Of a stretch of DNA of 64,000 nt, positions 57,756 through 64,000 are shown piece after piece. The stretch is from Alloascoidea hylecoeti. Its lineage: Eukaryota. The notes below the pieces were generated by a model. That model searched no databases and was not told the origin of the DNA. It was given only the letters and a program-made list of their open reading frames with translations. The DNA lies in assembly GCA_001600815.1 (NCBI GenBank), contig BCKZ01000010.1:681506-745505 (forward strand), read 5' to 3'. The stretch's first letter is position 1. Each line of letters begins with the position of its first letter. Made by a program: the position numbers and the translations under genes.

Positions 57756-59570
57756 TCATATGCATTGTCAATCAGAAAACATTTATTGTTATACTGATCA
57801 TAATAATAATGGTACAGTAATTGGAACAATTGATAGAGAAATACAAATCAATAATAAGACCATCTCTACTATTGGTAATGAAATCTCAAGTTCTGTAGAT
57901 CTAGACTTGGAGTCATCAAATTATTATGAATATCTTATTTTTTATATGGTTCTTTTGATTTTGGTTTTATTTATGATGCTTTATCAATTATGATTGGATA
58001 CAAAATCTCATAATCATACCCATTTTCATCCTTTTCATAATTCATATCATATTACCTACATTAATAACTCATCCTTTTTTTTAAAAAAAAATTGTTAACA
58101 TTAATATTGTTATTTCTTATAATTATCCTATTAATTTTATATCTTATGTATGTTTTTCTGTTATTGTCTTTGATTCATTTATTACAGCTTAATTTGATTT
58201 TATGAATTTTCCATGATCTCTTCATTTGTATGTCATTCTTCATTCTTCATTTTTTCTATATAATCGTTAGTTACAATTGAACTGTGAATATTAATGATGA
58301 GTTTTATTACAGTTGCTTATTTAAATTTATGAGCATTAAAGTGTGTTTATCATTATAAACTAAATCGTAACATTAATTGGTTGTAATATTTCCACCTAAG
58401 TAATGTTGGATTCAAAACTACAAATCGTATGAAGTATCAATATTTCTCCCTCAATATAATGGTTTATTTGAATGCTCTAAGTTCTTGAATTGATTTTTTA
58501 GATTCACCAACTCACGAATGAGGAGAGATTCTCGTTCCTCATTTTTTGCCATTATTAACTGTGGCACGCTTAGTTGTGTCTATTTTATTTTTGATATTAG
58601 AATGGATTTTTCGATAGCAAATATGTAGTTCGCCAAAACTAGATATTATGCATGTACATTATGCATGTTCATAACTTTTGGAGATATTAATTATACTTTA
58701 TTTACATTATATTGTGATATATGACATTATACCCAGTATGTGTATCCCTTAAACAGACATTATACAGCACAAACCAAGATATATCCATAATCCTATAAAA
58801 AACATCTTTTGCAAGTTTATCCCTTTTTTTTACATATTCAACAATCATCATGGCAAAAAGCAGATCAGTATCACCCATTATCTCCTCTTCCAACATAACC
58901 GCTGCTGCCATTGTTCCAAGTGCCTCAACCACCTCTTACGGCACAACCGCTGATGGTAACGATGCCATATCTTTCTCGGCTCTCGGAATCACGCCAGAAC
59001 TGGTCCTTGGTTTTGACCAATTTGATTATGAAGTACAACTTTCTTTTAACTCAGAGCCGGATACATTATTTATATTTGCAGTATAAACAATATTGCCGCA
59101 ACAAGAAAACAAAAAATTTGAAGAATTTCTATTAAAGAATTCAAATAAAGAAATTAGGATTTGATTGTTGTCTTGCTTAAATTACTTTATTTACAAAATT
59201 TATATTGTAGATGTACTGTACGATGACATTTGGGAATTCAGCCGTTAATACTATATTGAATTGTAATCAAATCCAAGAATATTACTCTTGATAAAATATA
59301 AGTGATATAATTACATTATTTTCCTCCCTGAAAATCTATTTTTCCTATTCTAATACAGTCTTTGTAATGCGTGATTGAGATAATACATCTAAGATTTTAC
59401 ACGCTTATATGTAACTAATATTAACTACGAACTTTTTAACTGTTTTTCTTTAAATTTATAATTTAGTTTCATATTTAATAATTATATATTTTTATTTATT
59501 CTTTCGCTTCTTCATAATAAAATTGAACCCTATAATGTTAACATATGGTCAGCTCACAGCAAGTTTGTCT

Positions 59571-60314
59571 TTATTTTCTGATACAATGAGTTTTATCAGT
59601 AATAGCAGCTGGACACTCAATTTGCTGATAAGTAACAGTTGGATTGCTGACACCTTTCATCCAATCAAATCTCCAATTACATCCAGATTGCAACTTGGAT
59701 GGAATCTTTGAACATTGAGTTTTAGTATCAACACCACCATATTGGTTTCCCCAAACAGAAGAAGAAGTTGACCATTGAGTTGTACAACCTTTTGTATAAT
59801 AACCCACACCGGCTGCTGGAATCAATATATCAAAAGCAGTTGTTGATTTAGAAACATCATTACCAGTATTTGTAATTTGAACTGCCATTTGTCTTCCTTT
59901 GATTGCACCTGATTGAAATGTAAGTAATAAACAAGAACAGCACGTTGCTTTTGGACCAAACCCATTAATATTCGCAGCAATTGTACCAAAAGCAAGAGTA
60001 TTATTAAATGCCCATGGTTGGTTATCATTACACACATAAGCTGACCCACCAACACATCCACTTTGTGTATTATCATCAATTGTCGTTACACCATCTGCTT
60101 TACATGATCTAATTGGGTTTGTAACAGATGCATAACCATTCCAGGCACATGTTGGCTTACAGCAATCCCAATATCTTGTTGTTTCTTTGACGGTTCCTGA
60201 AAATCCATTTGAAACCTTTTTAAAATTATAAACTGTTCCAGCAGATGTTAACCAAACAAGATTTAAGATTAAATTAATTTGCAAAACTAGATTAAGAAAA
60301 TATTTATTCAGCAT
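59571..60314 (-). CDS. Secreted glycoside hydrolase family 45 endo-beta-1,4-glucanase
   Basis: Signal peptide; TTRYWDCCKPTCAW (first catalytic Asp), CCSC..L.F, VQITNTGND, AFDILIP (second catalytic Asp), WGNQYGG, GCNWRFDW, CP. Intronless, no CBM. Confidence 0.95.
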   Translation of the reverse strand: MLNKYFLNLVLQINLILNLVWLTSAGTVYNFKKVSNGFSGTVKETTRYWDCCKPTCAWNGYASVTNPIRSCKADGVTTIDDNTQSGCVGGSAYVCNDNQPWAFNNTLAFGTIAANINGFGPKATCCSCLLLTFQSGAIKGRQMAVQITNTGNDVSKSTTAFDILIPAAGVGYYTKGCTTQWSTSSSVWGNQYGGVDTKTQCSKIPSKLQSGCNWRFDWMKGVSNPTVTYQQIECPAAITDKTHCIRK

Positions 60315-62280
60315 TTTAATTTTGAATAAGATAGAGATGGTAAATGATTTTGAACTTTGTAATTATAATGATATTAAAATGAAGATATTTCTAACCTTTA
60401 TATAAATTTCTTATAATGTGTGTATCGATACAACTAATCTTAAAGCGGTCAATATTATACCACTTATCATATTAATTATAATCATTATAATAATGTTATT
60501 ACAACTTGAACATGTTATCATGAATAATGATCATATGAAATTGATCCTGGATTAATATTCAAGATACTGTCGCTGTAAATCTGTTTCATCTATCTTAATT
60601 ACAAAGCTTATTTCAAAATAATAGTCTATATAATTAATATTATTTTACAATATAAGTTAAAACTGATTGAGCAACGTATAGATATTAATCAGAAGACTAT
60701 GAAAATTTCGAATGAATATATATTTCCTGAATTATGTAAACTTGGATAGCTTTTAATTCTAAGCTAGACGTATAATATACATAGCACCAAATATATCTAT
60801 ATAGCGCTACAAGTATGTGAATATACCTATTACCTGTAGACTTATATTTCATATCGCTGTAATACTAATTAAGAGATATATCAAGTTCAAGCATATATCA
60901 ATGAGATTTAGAAATTTTGATTGCAATCGTATATATGAATGACTTCTTTACTTCTTTTACAATAATTGAAAACTAGAAGTTCTTCATGATCATGATCAAT
61001 TATTAATATTAGTATATTTAAATGTAGCTAGTCGTCGTATCATACTCAAATATTAACGACTATAATACGATACATACGCGTAGCTCTCCTAACTTTATGC
61101 ACCTGCTCAACCCTTTATATACTGAATCCTTATCATATATTCATCATAGAGGATTACACTTAGATCAATCATACGTACTACACCTTGGATCGTATGATTA
61201 TATTGTATGCCATTTAATTTTCTACTTATACGATCGCAAAGTTAAATGTTTACGTTACCAGTTGCTTTATTAAATATAGAAGTAGGTGCGGCTCTAGTAA
61301 TTATATTCCGCCTGTGCTACAATGATGAATAACATGTATACGAAAGGTCACCGAGAATATTTTATTTATATATTTATGTAAGGTTATCATCAGATTTTAA
61401 TTATACTAGTACTTTCAAATCGATTTGAATTTACTGCCTCACTTTATAATTAATGTATTCATAGTTAATATTGTGACAGTATATCTAGGAGTTTTACAAG
61501 GCTTATAGTTATAATATAGTAATTATGGGTGTAGTACTAACGTCTTCAGATGTCACAAATATAATGTTATAATTATACCGAGTACACATTCTGGTGAATA
61601 TTCCATAGTACTAGGCTACTACTACTAGCTACGAAATATAGGTTAATTATAAAAAATCTACCTATTATAATTGCACAAGGTTGGGATTATAAATAACAAC
61701 TAATGTTGTATTATATTGTAACTTACATTAAGACAATTGCAAGCTGTGTAACGCTTTGTGTCACTGGTACCATAATTGCATCGACAGAACAGCTAACATA
61801 ATGCATTTAATTTTCATTTGATTGAATCCTTCACGAAGTTTACAACGTTAACGTTAATGGTTCTATATAAATAACTAAAGTAGTGCTTAGTTCAGCGAAC
61901 TCTTAATCATATGACTAACTATAGTGTATGATTATCATTTATGATTTGAATAATAATAATAAAAATGCTGATTTTAAACAAATATGAAAATTAAATAACA
62001 ATAATAAAGAGCGTAATATAAAAAGAAGTACGTACATGTACAATGATAATCGTGCTGTAATATTAAAAATAATGTTTTTTTATATGAGTTTTATCTATTT
62101 ATGATCTTATTCCAACTTTTGATAATTTTATTCCAATTTTTTATAATTAATGGTTTAACTTCCATATCCAGTAAACCATATACCCTTCAGATTTTTCTAT
62201 TTATCCCTCTGATACAAGTACAATAAAATCTAATTAATCGTAATCATGTGCGCCTCTTCATTTTCTTTTTTAATTCACGA

Positions 62281-64000
62281 TTATCGTCTAGATCTCAATC
62301 TACCTCTCATTGGTGCCAATTTCCTACCAATTGGTGTAGTTACACCTCCATGATTAGATAAACCACTTGCGAATATATTATTTGATTGATTCGCAGCAGC
62401 TGCTCCCGATCCAAATCCTATACCTCCATTGTTATTATTGTTAGGCGTTGGGGCACCAAATGTAGGCATCGAAGAAACGTTCGAGTTATTGCTATTATTA
62501 TTACCATCAAAATGGAATATCGAAGCAGGATTTAAATTTGGTTGACCTGTTGATCCACCAAAGTTAAATGATTTTGGAGTCTCTGTAATTACGGGTTTAC
62601 TAAATGCTGGTGTTAAGTTTAATGAGTTTGAAAAATTAAAGGTTGGTTTTGATGCTGGTGTTGTTGATCCAAATGGTGTTGTATTTAAATTATTGTTATT
62701 AATCGTAGCTGTATTATTATTATTATTATTAAATAATCCTGCACCAACCCCATTATTATTGCCAAATATTGATGGTTGATTTGAAGGTGTTCCAAATATA
62801 TTAATTGGTGGTGCCGATGCTGGGGTGGTTGAAATGGCATTCATTGAAAATGCATTTTCATTACTATTAGTATTATTTTTATTAATTCCAAATCCTCCGA
62901 ATACAGATCCACTATTCGTTGTTGCGGTTGCCATTGAATTATTACCACCTAGAGTGAAACCACTATTTCCTGCTGGAGCCACCGTTGCTGGTTTATTGAA
63001 TGAAAATGCACTATCTCCCGCTGGGGCCGCCATTGATGAATTGTTAGTATTAAACGAAAACCCAGCGTTTGAAGTTGATGTTAATGATGCAGCAGCATTA
63101 TTAGAATTATCTAAAGTGCCTAATTTCTTCTTCGGCAATTGAAATTTTGGTCGATTGGTTGGTGTTTGGTCAAGTTGTGGAGTATTAAAGGAAAACGTTG
63201 TAGCTGCAGCTGATTTCGGGGTTGGTGTTGAAAAATTGAATACACCTTCCTTTGTGTTATTCGTATTATCAAATATCTTTTTAGATGGTGTAGAAGCTAC
63301 ATCAAATACTGCAGAAGTTGTTTTAAAGGTATCATCAAATGTGACACCTCTGGTGTTTGGTTTGTTAAATAGAGTTTCTGAACCACTAAAGTTAAACCCA
63401 GTATTAGAAGTACCAGTAGAAGGTTTTGCATCAGTAGAAAATGAACCGCCAAAAGTTTGCTTTTTTGAAATCGTTTCGTTATTATCATCATTATCACCTG
63501 AAGGTCTCTTTTTAGAAGATGATTCTGATATTGTATCTTTTGAAAGAAATGAAAAAGTAGGAGCAACAGGAGCAGCAGTAGTAGTAATAGTAGCAAAAAG
63601 AGGTTTGGGATTTTCAGAACTTTCGGCTTTATTTGTACTTTTTTGATCAAGAACAGATTTAGGCTTATCTGAGTTCAAGGAAAAGCTAAATAAAGATTCC
63701 TTAGGTTTTGTAATATTAGATTTCGATGGCTCCGATGTAATTGGCTTAGGATCAACCTTCTTGCCAAATTCAAATAATTTTGATGTACCAGACAGCGATA
63801 CCGACGCAATCGATTTTGACTCCGATGTTTTATCTATATTAAGTACAGGAGTGGTGGTTGGGGAAGGAGAAACATCTTGACTTGTTGTTGTTGTCTTTGT
63901 TGTAGATGACGGAAATGAAAATAATGGTTTAGTTTTATCTTTCGGTTCAGATGATGGGTTGGATTTAATAGGTTCAGGTGACTTTTCAGGACTTGGTCCT
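62281..64000 (-). CDS. NUP1: FG/FxF-repeat nuclear basket nucleoporin, Nup1-like (5' end outside window)
   Basis: Many FSF/FNF/FG repeats and a basic C-terminal GRKLAPMRGRLRSRR resembling the Nup1 tail. Frame open towards the window edge. Confidence 0.65.
   Translation of the reverse strand, partial: GPSPEKSPEPIKSNPSSEPKDKTKPLFSFPSSTTKTTTTSQDVSPSPTTTPVLNIDKTSESKSIASVSLSGTSKLFEFGKKVDPKPITSEPSKSNITKPKESLFSFSLNSDKPKSVLDQKSTNKAESSENPKPLFATITTTAAPVAPTFSFLSKDTISESSSKKRPSGDNDDNNETISKKQTFGGSFSTDAKPSTGTSNTGFNFSGSETLFNKPNTRGVTFDDTFKTTSAVFDVASTPSKKIFDNTNNTKEGVFNFSTPTPKSAAATTFSFNTPQLDQTPTNRPKFQLPKKKLGTLDNSNNAAASLTSTSNAGFSFNTNNSSMAAPAGDSAFSFNKPATVAPAGNSGFTLGGNNSMATATTNSGSVFGGFGINKNNTNSNENAFSMNAISTTPASAPPINIFGTPSNQPSIFGNNNGVGAGLFNNNNNNTATINNNNLNTTPFGSTTPASKPTFNFSNSLNLTPAFSKPVITETPKSFNFGGSTGQPNLNPASIFHFDGNNNSNNSNVSSMPTFGAPTPNNNNNGGIGFGSGAAAANQSNNIFASGLSNHGGVTTPIGRKLAPMRGRLRSRR

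Noticed and set aside
58517..58543. Hairpin AATGAGGA..TCCTCATT before a T-run, with a 13-bp match to 54660-54672
   Set aside because: Intrinsic terminators are not relevant in a eukaryote, and 13-bp matches are expected by chance in 64 kb.
62825..63646. Antisense and alternate-frame ORFs over NUP1 (also those over MSB2, the Spg5-like gene, PRS and YCS4)
   Set aside because: Shadow ORFs of real genes with no independent motifs.

Overview
Eukaryotic, AT-rich, gene-dense window from a budding yeast (Saccharomycotina). Several features point to an early-diverging lineage, though this is inference: many short (51-101 nt) spliceosomal introns with degenerate branch sites, a molybdenum-cofactor gene, and CTG apparently read as Leu. 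It holds about 25 protein genes (Msb2-like mucin, enoyl-CoA hydratase, Vid24/Gid4-like, Spg5-like, SAM5/PET8, DCC1, BUD3, DUF2015, RER1, MRP7, MOCS2B, GBP2/HRB1, PAN2, ARMH3-like, PA-RING ligase, APE2, SCS2, PhoD-like, SKT5/CHS4, PRS2/4, YET3/BAP31, YCS4, MLS1, DMA1/2, a GH45 endoglucanase, NUP1-like) and one intron-containing tRNA-Arg(UCU). Elements absent from the ORF track include a decayed Tc1-type transposase, a decayed Fot1/pogo-type transposase and a probable solo LTR. Highlights: (i) a 15-kb block whose genes are all CEN3/CEN14-linked in S. cerevisiae; (ii) a secreted GH45 cellulase in an accessory region; (iii) forkhead plus RFX X-box elements upstream of the mitotic genes YCS4 and DMA1, with a (GGTGTATG)4 Rap1/telomere-like array at YCS4; (iv) an 8-nt microexon in GBP2; (v) duplicated 3' ends in two genes. 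All gene calls come from motif recognition by eye; no searches were run.
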